A stretch of 64,000 bases of DNA, taken from contig OZ024741.1 in the NCBI GenBank assembly GCA_964016885.1, positions 339,636,001 to 339,700,000 of the forward strand, in the 5' to 3' direction. The translations under genes and the position numbers were made by a program. Below, piece by piece: positions 38,004-50,512 of the stretch. How positions within the stretch are numbered: the first letter of the stretch is position 1; each line of letters starts with the position of its first letter. The notes under the pieces were generated by a model. That model worked only from the letters and a program-made list of their open reading frames with translations. It ran no database searches and had not been told where the DNA came from. Source of the DNA: Eledone cirrhosa (Eukaryota).

Positions 38004-38395
38004 CGTATATATATATATGTATATATACGTTTAGCCAAATGATCAACAAGTGAATAGAGATGGCTATACCATATCTCCACATACCCACGCACACAGACAC
38101 ACACACACACACACACATTTGTATATAAATGCAACTACAAACTTCAATATATATATACTCACACATACACATACCTATTTGTTGTGCAGACCATGCTGGA
38201 GTACTGCGTTAGTCCGTAGTATTGACTCCATTGCAAAATTTTAGTCTGTTAATTTTTTTTTTTCTGATTACAAGCTACCTTGTTTATGTTTAACCAGTAG
38301 TGTTGTGTCAGACACACATACACAGATACACTGACACACCCATACAGACACATGGCCACACACACACATACGCAGACACAAACATACACGCACGT

Positions 38396-38433
<38 letters not shown>

Positions 38434-38466
38434 TGGAAAATGTGTGAAATCCTTGGTTCAGGTTGG

Positions 38467-38656
38467 TATATTTAAAAAAAGGAAAGAATGACTTCACTTG
38501 TAGTTCTAAACAATTTAATTTAATTTTATAATAATATAATTTTAAAATTTGGTTTTGTAGATCTACAAAACCAAATTGTAAAATTATAATATTATACAAT
38601 TAAATCAAATTGTTTAGAACTACAAGTGAAGTCATTCTTTCCTTTTTTTAAATATA
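38467..38656. repeat. Spacerless palindrome (95 bp arms, centre AGATCT) abutting (TA)n
   Basis: AAAAAAAGGAAAGAATGACTTCACTTGTAGTTCTAAACAATT...GGTTTTGTAGA|TCTACAAAACC...AATTGTTTAGAACTACAAGTGAAGTCATTCTTTCCTTTTTTT. Confidence 0.92.
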
Positions 38657-38924
38657 TATATATATTTATATATACATATATATATTTATGCTTTATATCC
38701 CGGGTGTGTACGCTGCACAACCACCGGACACATATATACACACACAATGGCGGATTGGCGAGGTTACCAGGTTAACAGGTTGCCCAATATATATTTTTTT
38801 GAAAATGGTATTTATTCATTATAAAAATTAAATGAAAGCATTCTATATGTAGGTGGGCCCACTTCATCTTCTGACAACCAATATTTTTTAGATCCAGTCC
38901 ACCACTGTATATATATATATATAC

Positions 38925-39035
38925 GTGTGGCTGAGTGGTTAGAGAATTGGATTCGCAATCGTAAGGTTGTGAGTTCGGTTCCTGGACCAGGCGATGCGTT
39001 ATGTCCTTGAGCAAGACACTTTATTTCACGTTGCT
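38925..39035 (+). mobile_element. SINE family B copy (5' part)
   Basis: TGGCTGAGTGGTTAGAG, GAGTTCGGTTCC, TGTCCTTGAGCAAGACACTTTATTTCACG. Confidence 0.8.
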
Positions 39036-39133
39036 CCTTCTACCTGGAGTTGCGACCGATAGATAGTATTAGCAATTGGAAAGACCAACGGAAACATTGT
39101 TCCCTCGGTCCGATTTGACGAAAGTCGATCGTC

Positions 39134-39167
<34 letters not shown>

Positions 39168-39192
39168 AGGAGGTTATACATATACAAACGTT

Positions 39193-39223
<31 letters not shown>

Positions 39224-39383
39224 ATGTGTGTGTGTGTAATGCCAATCATTGTAAGTTTGAATCTAACTGACATGCAAAAACATATATATGAATAAGGTAA
39301 GCCCAAATCATAGTAGATTCAAATGTCACAGAGAGAAAGAGGCGGAGGGGGGGGGGGGTACAACAGAAATGAAACATGGATTA

Positions 39384-40030
39384 CAGGTTAAGATATAACC
39401 TAGATAGATGAGAAACAAAACGAGGATGTAGTTTATGGAACACCCAAATGATTTAGAAGTCGACCTTAAGTAGGAGCAATAACATTAAGAAAGACATGAA
39501 CGACACCACATCATTGTTTTGAAAATTCTTAAAGTAGGTTTATAAGTATGAATTTTCTAAGATTTTTCGTAGTTGCCTCTGTGGCCTAGCGGCAGGTGCT
39601 AGAGACGGTGGTAATCTAGGCCTTGGGTTCGATCCTGGTCAAGAGGTAATTTTTTTCAGTTTTTAGTTTATATCCCATAGAAAAAAAAAAACCGAAAAGG
39701 TTTACCGGGAACCCTACTGCCGACTAGGATCTAACTTCAGACCAGTATCACCACCGTCTATGATTCCTCCAACTAGACCGGCGAGACAGCTACAAATGTA
39801 TAATGAAAATTAATAATTATAAACGTACTTTCAAAATCAAAGTTAAAAAGATGTGGTGTCATTCATGGATTTCCTAGAGCTATTAGTCATATTTAGGGTC
39901 GACTTGTCAATCTTCTAGCTCTTTGGTAACAACCTATTATTCCTATGTGTGTTTAACTGTTGAACTAATTTAATATAAATATTTTGTAAACGAAACTTCC
40001 TCGTTTTTTCTATTATATACCCTTTGCCTG
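39384..40030. mobile_element. Old MITE-like element with long degenerate TIRs and internal tRNA-like segments
   Basis: Nested inverted matches CAGG/CCTG, AAAACGAGGA/TCCTCGTTTT, AAGTCGACC/GGTCGACTT, ATGAA.GACACCACATC/GATGTGGTGTC.TTCAT. Internal GTGGCCTAGCGG...GGTTCGATCC. Confidence 0.6.
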
Positions 40031-40081
40031 TGTATAGAGTGCTTGATTTGGTACAACACCAGCATTTCATCGTACTACCTA

Positions 40082-40161
<80 letters not shown>

Positions 40162-40411
40162 CAAAATAAAAAGTGTTGGTTGATTAAGCAATCGTTCGAC
40201 TGACTAGTATAATCAGACGTAAGCACCCCACAACGTGGATACCTTAAGGTGTTACCTATAAGGTATCAGAAGGAATGTCAATATTATAAAAAGGAAGAGA
40301 GGTAGTATCATTCTCAGTTTATTACATCATCCTATATATTCCATTTATATTAGATGGTTTAACTAATGGGTAGGTTTAGTCATCCTGATCAACAGACCGT
40401 GATACAATAGT

Positions 40412-40768
40412 CCAAAGCACTCAACTTTATGGTGCCGGAATATATATATATATTTGTATGAAAATTAGGTAGTAACATGTGCTTACGCTGTATTTGACTA
40501 AGTAGAATTAGTCTGTTAGTTCGGTTGGTTCGTCTCCCATGTACATCAATACTCTCCTTTTTTCCATTCAGAGGGTTTTTTAAAATTCCAACTAACTGAC
40601 TTAGTTAAATATTGCGTAAGCACATGCCACTACTGAATTTTCAAAATTCGTTTGTCGTTTCTAAACAAAGCCTGCTCTGTGTCTCGCTATTTATATACAT
40701 ATATATTTGTATATTTTTCATTTAATTATTTAACTCCGTTCCTGCACCATAACGTTGAGTGATTTGGC
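40412..40768. repeat. Nested degenerate inverted repeats around TA tracts
   Basis: Outer CCAAAGCACTCAACTTTATGGTGCCGGAA / TTCCTGCACCATAACGTTGAGTGATTTGG; inner GAAAATT..GTAGT..CATGTGCTTACGC / GCGTAAGCACATG..ACTAC..AATTTTC. Confidence 0.7.
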
Positions 40769-41971
40769 AAATTCGGCAAATCCAACGCGGACCACCCATT
40801 CTTCCAAATTCGGCTTACGCAACCAGACCGTTATAGCCACCTGATGGGGAAAACTGACGTTCTCAAGCTGCAGCTATCACATTACGTAGTTTCTATATAA
40901 TAAGGTCAAAGTTATTATTATCTGCAGCGACCACAACCCCATTACATAATAGGACATGATCTATTCCCTCCCGTAGTTCCTCGATATATATAGTTGCTAA
41001 TTACTGAGTAGCGTTGCCCGTCTTGTTGATAAACAGGTGTAAGCAGGTGAGACTCGCCAATCGTTTTTTTTATTCCTTTCGTTTGCATGTAGTATTGGTA
41101 TCTATTGTCTCATTCGTGGATTCCATAAACTCTAGAATCAGTTGATTTATTTGTCACCATCGCCGTCTAAGGTCACCAAATATTTAATGTTACTGTTTTA
41201 CCCTTTCTGGGTTCCACAGTCACTGTGGTCGTTTTATTACCACGATAACAATTACAGCAACAGCGGCGCCAATATTAACAACAATAACAACAATAACAAG
41301 TACAATGATAATACCAATCATAACAATAACAATAACAATAATAAGAATAACAATAACAATAATGATAGTAATAGTAATGGAAATAATAATAAGCAATAAT
41401 AAAAATAACAACAATGTTGATGGTGGTGATGGTCCTAGTGGGGATGGCGATGCTAGTGGTAGCAGTGGTGGTAGTGGTGGTGCTGGTGCTTTGAGGGGGG
41501 GGGGGGTAGCGGTGGTGGTAGTAGAGGTAGTAGTAGTAGTGGTGGTGGTGATGGTTGGGATGGTGGTGATGTTGGCGGCAGTGGGGTAGTGGTGTGGTTG
41601 TTAGTTATGAAGAATTTGGCATGCCACAATGAGCAGTTTGGAAGGGATTAGGCTGTACAAACATGACCAGTTTGTTGAATGATGGCCACATTTTTGGCAA
41701 CTAGCTTCACGTCAACAGAAAAATGCCAAATAAGAAACCATTTTTTCTCTTGTTTTCATTTTCCAATTTTGTCTATCTTGTTCCTCTACCTCTCTTTCCG
41801 TTTTTGTTTTGTTTGGTTTGGAAATATTTTCTAAAGCCTAAAAACATATACACACACATTTATATACCTATACTCGTGTATATATATATATATTGTATAT
41901 TGTGTGTGTGTGTGTGTATGTGTGTATGTGTGTATGTGTGTGTATGTATGTATATATACATATATTATATT

Positions 41972-42024
<53 letters not shown>

Positions 42025-42073
42025 TTATATATACATATAGATATACATATACATACATACATATATATATATT

Positions 42074-42151
<78 letters not shown>

Positions 42152-42184
42152 GACAGACATACGTATATATCAATATTTATTCTA

Positions 42185-42216
<32 letters not shown>

Positions 42217-42449
42217 CTGTGTGTGTGTGTGTATGTGTGTGTGTATGTCTATGGAAACCAACAATCAAGATTAATTTGTTTTAGTGCCTGTTAGTCTCAG
42301 AATTGAAGAATTATTATTGATAATAATAGTGTGCTCATTATTGGTGCTATGAAGAATTTCATAATTTATTTATATTTACATATTTTTCTATTTAAATATT
42401 ATACAATATTTCTAATATTCTTTGAAAAATACATTGATAAATACTACTG

Positions 42450-42484
<35 letters not shown>

Positions 42485-42494
42485 GCTACTACTG

Positions 42495-42566
<72 letters not shown>

Positions 42567-42783
42567 ATAATAATAACATGCAATATTTGGTTGCAGCTTA
42601 GTGGTGGTTGGTGAGGATGGAGGAAAACTGAGCTGCCAATTGTAAATATACACGTTCATATATATATTGGGGTCGTCAAGTATGAAATTTGTAGAAATTT
42701 ATGGAAAAAACACAAATGTCTACAAATTTCATACTTGGCGACCCAATATATATATGAATGTGTATATATTATTTATATACATT

Positions 42784-42841
<58 letters not shown>

Positions 42842-43844
42842 AGAGAGAGATCGATAGATAGATATATAGGTATATATGTGTGTGTGGGGGGGGGGGGGGA
42901 GTAATGTATGTATATACATAATATATACACGTAATATATACATACATGGAATGCTTGCGATTGCAGTTCTTGCTGTCATGGTTTTTGTATTTGTAGATGT
43001 TGTTGACCAAGGTGATGATGTTGATGGTGATGGTGGTGGGGTGGGTAGTGATGGTAGGGACGTTGATGGTAATGGTGGTGGTGGTGGTGGTGGTGGTAGT
43101 GGTGGTAGTGGTGGTAGTGGTGGTAGGGACGAAGATAGTAATGGTGGTGGTGGTGGCGGTGGTGGTAGGGACGATGATGGTAATGGTGGTGGTAATAATA
43201 GACGTTGATGTTTTATGGTGGTAACGATGATGATGATCATGAGGTATATGGAGGTGGTGGTAGCGTCAATGATGGTGATGGTGGTGGTGGTGGTAGCGTC
43301 AATGATGGTGGTGGTGATGGTGGCGGTAACGATGAGGAGGTTGATGTTATTGTTATTGTCGCCATTAATTATAGTTTTATCGAGGAAGACAGAAAGTTGG
43401 CAGCCATGTTGAATGCCATGCAAGACAAGATATTCTCCAATATTTATATTTGTGGTTTCCCGTTACTCCACTGGATAAAGAATAATCCATATTTATATCG
43501 TAAATAAACGTTGTTTGTGTTAGTTGTGTTGTTACTATAGCTGTTGTTGTTGTAGGTGGTGATGGTGGGGTGCCGTTGTTGTTGGTGGGGTGCTGTTATT
43601 GTTGTTGTTTTCATTCTTGTTTTTACAGTTGCTGTTGTTGTTGTTGGTGTTACTGTTTTTATTCGTGGTGGTTGTATTGACCATGTTGTTGTGTTGGATG
43701 TTGTTGTTGGTGTGATCGTTGTTCTTATTGTTATTGTTACTGGAGAATATGGTCGTCGGAACTCACGGTGTACAATAAATCTGTGGCTCAAAATATGGTT
43801 GCTGTAGCTGTATTAATGCCAAAATGTGATTGCTGTACCTATAT

Positions 43845-44545
43845 TAATACTTGATTGGACGCGAGATGAGATCCAAGGCATTCAAGTTAAAAACAGAAAA
43901 ATCTTAATGGTACTAGAAATAACCACATCAACAGTGACGTAGCCCACTTCTAACTAAAACGTAAACAGATTATATTCTTAAACACCAAGCGTAGAAGCCC
44001 GTCCATAGGAGAAATCTGTCTACACAAGGCAGATAATATTATGGAAATTGGGAAGGAGCTTCGTGAAAAGTACTCCCCGAATGATGACCAAAAATACATA
44101 CCCAGGGAAATTGCACCACTCTATTGTAACAAATCAATGACACATGGTTATGTTGTCAGAAATTTTCAAAATACGAGTAAGAGAGTTAACCAAAGTAGTC
44201 TGTTTTAGATCATCAACCAGTATATTAACTCTCACTTGCAATGAAGGAAAAAGAAATGCCAACGAAATACCTGATGCACAAAATGGATAGAGAGACAGGT
44301 AAACACACAGCTATAAAAATAGATGCAGACTATGGAATGTAAAATAGGAATGTCACCCACATCATAAGCATCTGTTTAAAGATATCCTCATGGCACTATC
44401 TACCTACGAGGCATGATATGGTGGCCAAAACTCCTATACAATGCAATCCATAGAAAGGATAATCCTGCCGATACATCAAAAGTTACAGAAATATGAACAA
44501 CATACACTCACATCATATGAAGGTGGAATATTCTTGTCAAAACCC
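43845..44545 (+). mobile_element. Degraded R4/Dong-like (RLE-type) non-LTR retrotransposon, RT end and zinc knuckle
   Basis: LDWTRDEIQGIQVKT..HINSDVAHF.LKRK and NRCRL..VTHIISIC.KISSWHYLPTRHDMVAKT; many stops and frameshifts. Confidence 0.7.
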
Positions 44546-44569
44546 TAATAAGAAATAGTCATAAGAAAC

Positions 44570-44780
44570 TTGGCATAATAGAGGAGGGTAAACTGTCCAA
44601 ATATCGGTCGCTCTCCGGCAGGTTTCCGGTTGAGCCCGTAGCAGTGGAGATTTCTAGTGTACTTGGCCCTTGGACAACCTCCCCGCTCATCACCATCAGC
44701 ACAGAGTTCGCTACCCGTAGGTGATATCCTCGCGAGCTGGAATGGGTATCTTTTAACGTTCAAGTGTCACATCTGTGAAT
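44570..44780 (+). mobile_element. Fragment of a CRE-like RLE endonuclease region
   Basis: EEGKLSKYRSLSGRFPVEPVAVEISSVLGP..PRELEW resembles the K.KY...F.PVAVET.G..G motif of CRE-clade elements. Confidence 0.55.
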
Positions 44781-45084
44781 TACCCATTTTCACCAACATC
44801 CTCGAAACAATTTTTTGTATGTTTCAAATGGTACTTTAAGCACTCTCGTAAAAGTACAGTGTTCCAGAAAAAACTTTTAAATTCTTGTCGATTCTATAGA
44901 ATCCTGTCACCCATATAGCATGGGACAGAAAAATCAATACGAAATAGTGGAAAGCAGTTGTTCAGCGGATGTTAATATAGAGTTAAATATTAAGGACGAG
45001 GAAAATCTGCCAAACTAATACGGAACCTGCTGATTCTCCACACTGATAAGAATTTTAGATATGTACCTGTGATCATGTGGAAGC

Positions 45085-45350
45085 AGGTGGCCTAGTGGTA
45101 AGGGTGTTGGACTTACGATCATAATGTCATGGGTTCGATGGTTCGATTCCTGGGTTGCATGTTGTGTTTTTGAGCAAAACACTTCATTTCACGTTGCTCC
45201 AGTATACTCAGCTGAAAATGAGTACCAGCAATAGCTGGGGGTTAACCCTGTGATGGACTGGTATCCTGTCGAGGGGGAGGGGAGTCGTGTACTCTCAATC
45301 ATTTCATGCCATGAAACCGGGATAAGCACGGCCAAATGAGCCTTCTGGCT
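45085..45350 (+). mobile_element. SINE family B-related copy
   Basis: GGTGGCCTAGTGGTAAGG, GGTTCGATTCC, TGTGTTTTTGAGCAAAACACTT, CTCAGCTGAAAATGAGTACC. Confidence 0.8.
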
Positions 45351-45369
45351 TAAGACAGACTTTAGACTT

Positions 45370-45545
45370 TAGAGCTGTGAACATATGGGCACTTGGATAT
45401 GTTACTAACTGCTTCGGCACAAATCTTGAGAAGGTGGGCTTCACAAAATGAGAACGGAGGCGGCTAATTAGGAAATTACAAGTACAATCCTTTAACAGAA
45501 ATCTTAAAATATGTAAAATATTCAACAAGTTTAGCAACTAATGAG
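45370..45545 (+). mobile_element. C-terminal end of the R4-like element (probable continuation of 43845-44545)
   Basis: ..GALGYVTNCFGTNLEKVGFTK*ERRRLIRKLQVQS..KICKIF, across a frameshift. Confidence 0.6.
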
Positions 45546-45728
45546 TGCATATACATGCGCATAGATATAGAAATATACATATATATATATAATATTAAGG
45601 ATACTATTTATAGTTATGTATACACTATATACAACTATAAACAGGGAAGGTCAGTAATTTATTACTACCTTATTACCAGTAAGATAAATAGCTCAATGGA
45701 AGAACATCATTTGTTATACAGAGCAGTA

Positions 45729-46890
45729 ATATAGAATACACAAGAATCAAAGCTATGTTAGAACATTTAATTGCTGACAATTGTTTCTTCCAAGCCTAGG
45801 CTTGGAGTCTTCGGGGCATTATTAATAATGTTTGTACATATAATCAGCCTCCTATTCCGCTGAAGAATCATACATATACATATTGTGGACAACAGTGTGG
45901 GATGGATGCGACATATATTATGTTATACTATAATTGTACAATAAGATTCAAAATTAAAATTAAAAGCTGTTGGTGGAGCACATGTGACAGATAATACAAG
46001 ACCGTCTAGTAAATAAATAAAATTAAATTAAAGAGACAGTACGTGCGTTAGTCATATATAAAGCAATTGAACAAGCAAATGTATCAAGCATATATGAATT
46101 CTGGGTGTTGCATACAAAATACAAGCACTTAAAGCGGGTGTGTTATTATATTATTGTGGTTGCAATGCAGAGATATTTTCTGTGTAGATCAAATATGTAT
46201 GTGTGTAGAATAAGAAAGTTCCAGGTTTCACATCCATTACATCCATTTGTCACGATATATTTGTATTGAGTGTCTGTTATAGTAATGGCTTGTAAAGTAA
46301 AGTAACTTAGTGTTATTTAGTCCGTATCGTATACTACAATTGTAGAGCTGGGAGAATTTACTACTGTTTAATATCCGGAAGTGGGAATGGAAATAAGGGG
46401 AGCTAATGCGTAAGGGGAGGTAACTAGCTCATTATAATAATAATTAAAGTCATTGTTCTAAGGGACTTTATATAGTGTTATAATTGAGGGCCTAATATAG
46501 AAACTATATATCTATATTTAATTTAATTTTAAACCCAGTCTACTCTCTCCTAATACATTAAGGTATCATTATAAAGTTGCCTATCAAGTATTATAAAGTG
46601 CCATAATTGAATTTCCCATCTAGACGCTCTTGTATTATCTGTCACATGTGCTCCACCAAAAGCTTTTAATTTTAATTTTGAATTCATTGTACAATTATAG
46701 TATAACATAATATATGTCGCATCCATCCCACACTGTTGTCCACAATATGTATCTGTATGATTCTTCAGCGGAATAGGAGGCTGATTATATGTACAAACAT
46801 TATTAATAATGCCCCGAAGACCCCAAGCCTAGGCTTGGAAGAAACAATTGTCAGCAAATAAATGTTCTAACATAGCTTTGATTCTTGTGT

Positions 46891-46899
<9 letters not shown>
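45729..46899. mobile_element. Fold-back element with 280 bp near-identical inverted arms (45729-46009 / 46620-46899), each carrying a hammerhead-like core; putative Penelope-like insertion
   Basis: Arms are reverse complements. The right arm has TGCC-CCGAAGA-stem(CCAAGC-CTAG-GCTTGG)-GAAAC-AATT-GTC-AGCA at 46810-46856, then AATAAA, and ends in (TA)n. Confidence 0.8.
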
Positions 46900-46964
<65 letters not shown>

Positions 46965-47121
46965 TTTAGTATCGTGGGAGAGTAGATATTTAAAGGGATA
47001 AGCGATACATATAGTTAGTTGCCAAAAGCTGGTGTATTTGTGCTCAATACTTGTGCCTACAGGGTTAAATATCGGAAGCGTTAATATTTAGTGGGCGAGA
47101 ATATAAGCAGAGCGGTTACAA

Positions 47122-47298
47122 ATGAAAGGATTGCAAAGGAGAATACATACTGTTAGAACATGTTTATACAAAATCACCTACGTACGTTTCGCCCGAAAAG
47201 GGCTTCTCAAGGCCCTTGAGAAGCCCTTTTCGGGCGAAACGTACGTAGGTGCTTTTGTATAAACATGTTCTAACAGTATGTATTCTCCTTTGTAATCC

Positions 47299-47304
<6 letters not shown>
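47122..47304. mobile_element. Palindrome (91 bp arms, centre 47213) with a variant hammerhead in each arm, abutting (TA)n
   Basis: CTTGAGAA-GCCC-TTTTC-GGGC-GAAAC-GTAC-GTA-GG at 47215-47249, mirrored on the left arm. Confidence 0.75.
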
Positions 47305-47336
<32 letters not shown>

Positions 47337-47479
47337 AGTATATGTTAGTTGTATACCAACACCTCAGTATGCAGACTCGAGCACTCGACGAAGTGCGCAG
47401 GTTGGTTTGGTTACTCCGGAGTAATGTAAAATAAAGTAAAATAAATAAGTCAAATGTTGAAAATTTAGCTTCGTTTATT

Positions 47480-47534
47480 ACTGCTATATATATTTCGGTG
47501 ACAGCCATCTTTGGCTGTGACCTCTTCAGACAGT
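47480..47534 (-). ncRNA. Minimal type-I hammerhead ribozyme (mirror copy)
   Basis: Reverse complement of 47639-47693. Confidence 0.85.
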
Positions 47535-47638
47535 CCGAATTAGTGTGGTATAGACAATTACATACGTTGTTGAGGTGTATAACTTTGTCAATATATACCT
47601 CAACAACATATGTACTTGTCTATACCACACTAATTCGG

Positions 47639-47693
47639 ACTGTCTGAAGAGGTCACAGCCAAAGATGGCTGTCACCGAAATATATATAGCAGT
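47639..47693 (+). ncRNA. Minimal type-I hammerhead ribozyme
   Basis: Stem I ACTGT/GCAGT; core CTGAAGA; stem II GGTCACAGCCA-AAGA-TGGCTGTCACC; GAAA; stem III T-ATAT-A; cleavage triplet AUA (after 47688). Confidence 0.85.
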
Positions 47694-47735
47694 AATAAAC
47701 GAAGCTAAATTTTAAACATTTGACTTATTTATTTT

Positions 47736-47839
<104 letters not shown>

Positions 47840-48273
47840 TGCCACTGTTTCTGACAGTTATGTTTTGGTATAACAAACTAAGAAATCAATTCTTAGTTTC
47901 GAACAACATCTAAATCCGTGCCAGCATTATCAACGTTCTTATGTAAATGGATATTCTTTTGGTTACAAAGAAATCTATCATCATCATCAATAACAACAAT
48001 ATCATCATTAGTGATGTTTTCATTGCGTGTCATCAGTGTATTACCGAGCACAGTTCTGTGTACCTTGGCAATGTGCAATGTTGTTTTTGGTGTCATTTTT
48101 TCTATTGTATTGAAACAATTCTCCGTAATATATGTATACAGTGACTAGTACTACTACTTCCTGTATACTGTATATATTTGTATACCTTGCGGTGTGGGTT
48201 ATGTTTCTGCTTGATATATATTTTTTATTGTCAGAGCATCTATAATCATAGGGATTGTTTCTATTTTCATTAT

Positions 48274-48570
48274 TCGGTGGATTAGCAGTATCTGTAGAGG
48301 GTCTGACGCCATGCTTTGAATCATAGAGTTACATCCCTTTACGGTCAGAGTTCAAATGTAGAAACAATTATTAGTCAGGCTCAACTGTCACAATATTGGT
48401 AGAGGGTCTGATACCATGCTTTGCAGTATAAAGTTACGTCCCTTTACGGTATGAGTTCAAATCCCGAGGAGGTTAACTTTCCTTTCATCCGTACGGGGTC
48501 GATAGAATAAAGCACCAGTAATATACTGGATTAATTGCTGGTCTTGTGCCAAGAGTAGAAACAATTATTC
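48274..48570 (+). mobile_element. SINE family A: deleted copy (48274-48370) and near-complete copy (48398-48570)
   Basis: Same head, B box, core and GTGCCAAGAGTAGAAACAATT end. Confidence 0.8.
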
Positions 48571-48587
48571 GTATTCTGGTTATTATT

Positions 48588-48850
48588 AATTTCCAGATCC
48601 TTTATATTTGGATAATTTCTCCATTTCGTTGATACATACGTTGTCGTCTGTGGGCATTGATACGTCAATTAGAATGCTTTTCTTTTCTTTGTGGTCTATG
48701 GCTAAAATATCCTGTCGATTCCCTTCGATCCCATTGTCTATGTGTATTTACCATCTCTTAGTATGATTGCTTTGTCATTCTCTAACACTTTTTCTGGTGT
48801 ATGTTTGTAACACCTATTTTCTCTTGGTATTTCATAATGCAGATACAACC
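48588..48850 (-). mobile_element. R4/Dong-like restriction-like endonuclease fragment
   Basis: YKHTPEKVLENDKAIIL..GNRQDILAIDHKEKKSILIDVSMPTDDNVCINEMEKLSKYKDLEI (degenerate PD..D..K motif). Confidence 0.8.
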
Positions 48851-48876
48851 TTCGGTGTTTTTAAACCCAAAGTCAG

Positions 48877-48912
<36 letters not shown>

Positions 48913-48948
48913 AAATAAAATAAAATAAAATAAATAAGTCAACTATTT

Positions 48949-49142
48949 GGAGGTCACAGCAAAAGATGGCTGTCACCGAAATATATATAGCAGTAATAAA
49001 CGAAGCCAAATTTTAAATATTTAACTTATTTATTTTAGTTTATTTTACATTACACCGGAGTAACCAAACCAACCTGCGCCTTTCGTCGAGTGCTCCAATC
49101 TGCATACTGAGGTGTTGGTATACAACCATCATATACTCAAAA
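48949..49142 (+). mobile_element. Third, 5'-truncated copy of the 47.3-47.7 kb hammerhead-bearing pLTR-like repeat
   Basis: GAGGTCACAGCAAAAGATGGCTGTCACCGAAATATATATAGCAGT...CATATACTCAAAA, inverse of 47332-47525; flanked by (TA)n. Confidence 0.8.
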
Positions 49143-49143
49143 C

Positions 49144-49194
<51 letters not shown>

Positions 49195-49199
<5 letters not shown>

Positions 49200-50042
49200 T
49201 AGAAATGGCTGTGTAGTTGCTATTTAACGTAACTTAAAATGCAGTGGGAATACGAAGAAAGCAAAAACGGGGGGGTTCCTCATCAGTTGTCTACTGGAGG
49301 TCTCGAATATTTCTAAGCTTTAAAGACAATATATCTACCGCCCAGAGCGTCAATAACTGGATAAGTTATTGGGAAAACGGAGGAGGGAGGGAAGGAAAGA
49401 AAAAGGGAAGAAAAGAGAAAACAGTAAAAAAAATAAAACACCGAAAAAAAAAACAACAAACCAAGCAATGTGCGAGCAACTTAAGGTAAGGAAATCCAAG
49501 ACCACTCGATTAGAGGACTTAAGTTCAAGACTGTGTGGTCGAGAGAAAAAAGACACACGTCTGATCGCCGCAGTTGTAAGAGAGAAGAGAACTGCTAAAG
49601 GGTCAAGCGAGGGGGTGAAAGTGAGAGGGAGAAAGGGAGAGGAAGAAAGTTGGGTAAGAGTAGATAGGGAGAAAGGGAGTGGAAAAAAGGGGGGAGGGTG
49701 AGAGTAGAAAATAACGAAATAGGTAGGTAGCAGGGGAGAGAAAAATAATGTTCACAGCGAAACATGATGAAATATATGGAGAATAGAAATGGCTGTGTAG
49801 TTGCTATTTAAGATAACTTAAAATGCAGTGGGAATACGAAGAAAGCAAGATCGGGGATGGCGGTATGGGGGAGTTTTCCTCCTCAGTTGTCTACTGGGGG
49901 TCTCAGATATTTCTACGCTTTAAAGACAATATATCTACCGCCCAGGGCGTCAATAACTGGATAAGTTATTGGGAAAATGGAAGAGGGAGGGAAGGAAAGC
50001 AAAAGGGAAGAAAAGAGAAAACGGTAAAAAAAAAAAACACCG

Positions 50043-50043
<1 letters not shown>
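49195..50043 (-). repeat. Direct repeat pair (~250 bp; 49195-49443 and 49779-50043) between (TA)n/(GA)n tracts
   Basis: Both start GAGAATAGAAATGGCTGTGTAGTTGC and share CTTTAAAGACAATATATCTACCGCCCAG. The minus strand has CTGATGA or CTGAGGA. Confidence 0.85.
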
Positions 50044-50080
<37 letters not shown>

Positions 50081-50358
50081 GAAAAGATTCAGGACCCCGA
50101 CGGCTGAGCTCCGGCCGTTTCGACAGCTAGATCTGAACGTTCGGATCTGGCTGTTGAAACGGCCGCAGCTCATATTAGTAATTGTTTATTATTATGTATC
50201 TTTATAAGCCTTCTCACACGCACCCTCTGTATTATATGTAATATTTTCATGTCTCAGTCTTAAGATATATAAATATTGAGTTTTGTCATATCTTATTCAC
50301 TGCCATGACTGAATTTTAACGATCTACTTAGTCAGGGTACGCCATGCATCATCTTATT

Positions 50359-50417
50359 TTATCTGATGAGGACGTACTGTTGAAGATAGCTCAGTACCTC
50401 TGAAATATGTATAATAA
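50359..50417 (+). ncRNA. Minimal hammerhead ribozyme (slightly degenerate)
   Basis: TTAT-CTGATGA-stem II (GTACTG/CAGTAC)-GAAAT-ATGT-ATA-ATAA, then a ~35 nt tail into (TA)n. Confidence 0.7.
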
Positions 50418-50450
50418 AATATACTTGATCACACGAATGTCTATTTTTGT

Positions 50451-50512
<62 letters not shown>

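Noticed and set aside
46010-46620. GIY-YIG or RT coding remnant between the 280 bp inverted arms
   Set aside because: No convincing motif could be read in any frame.
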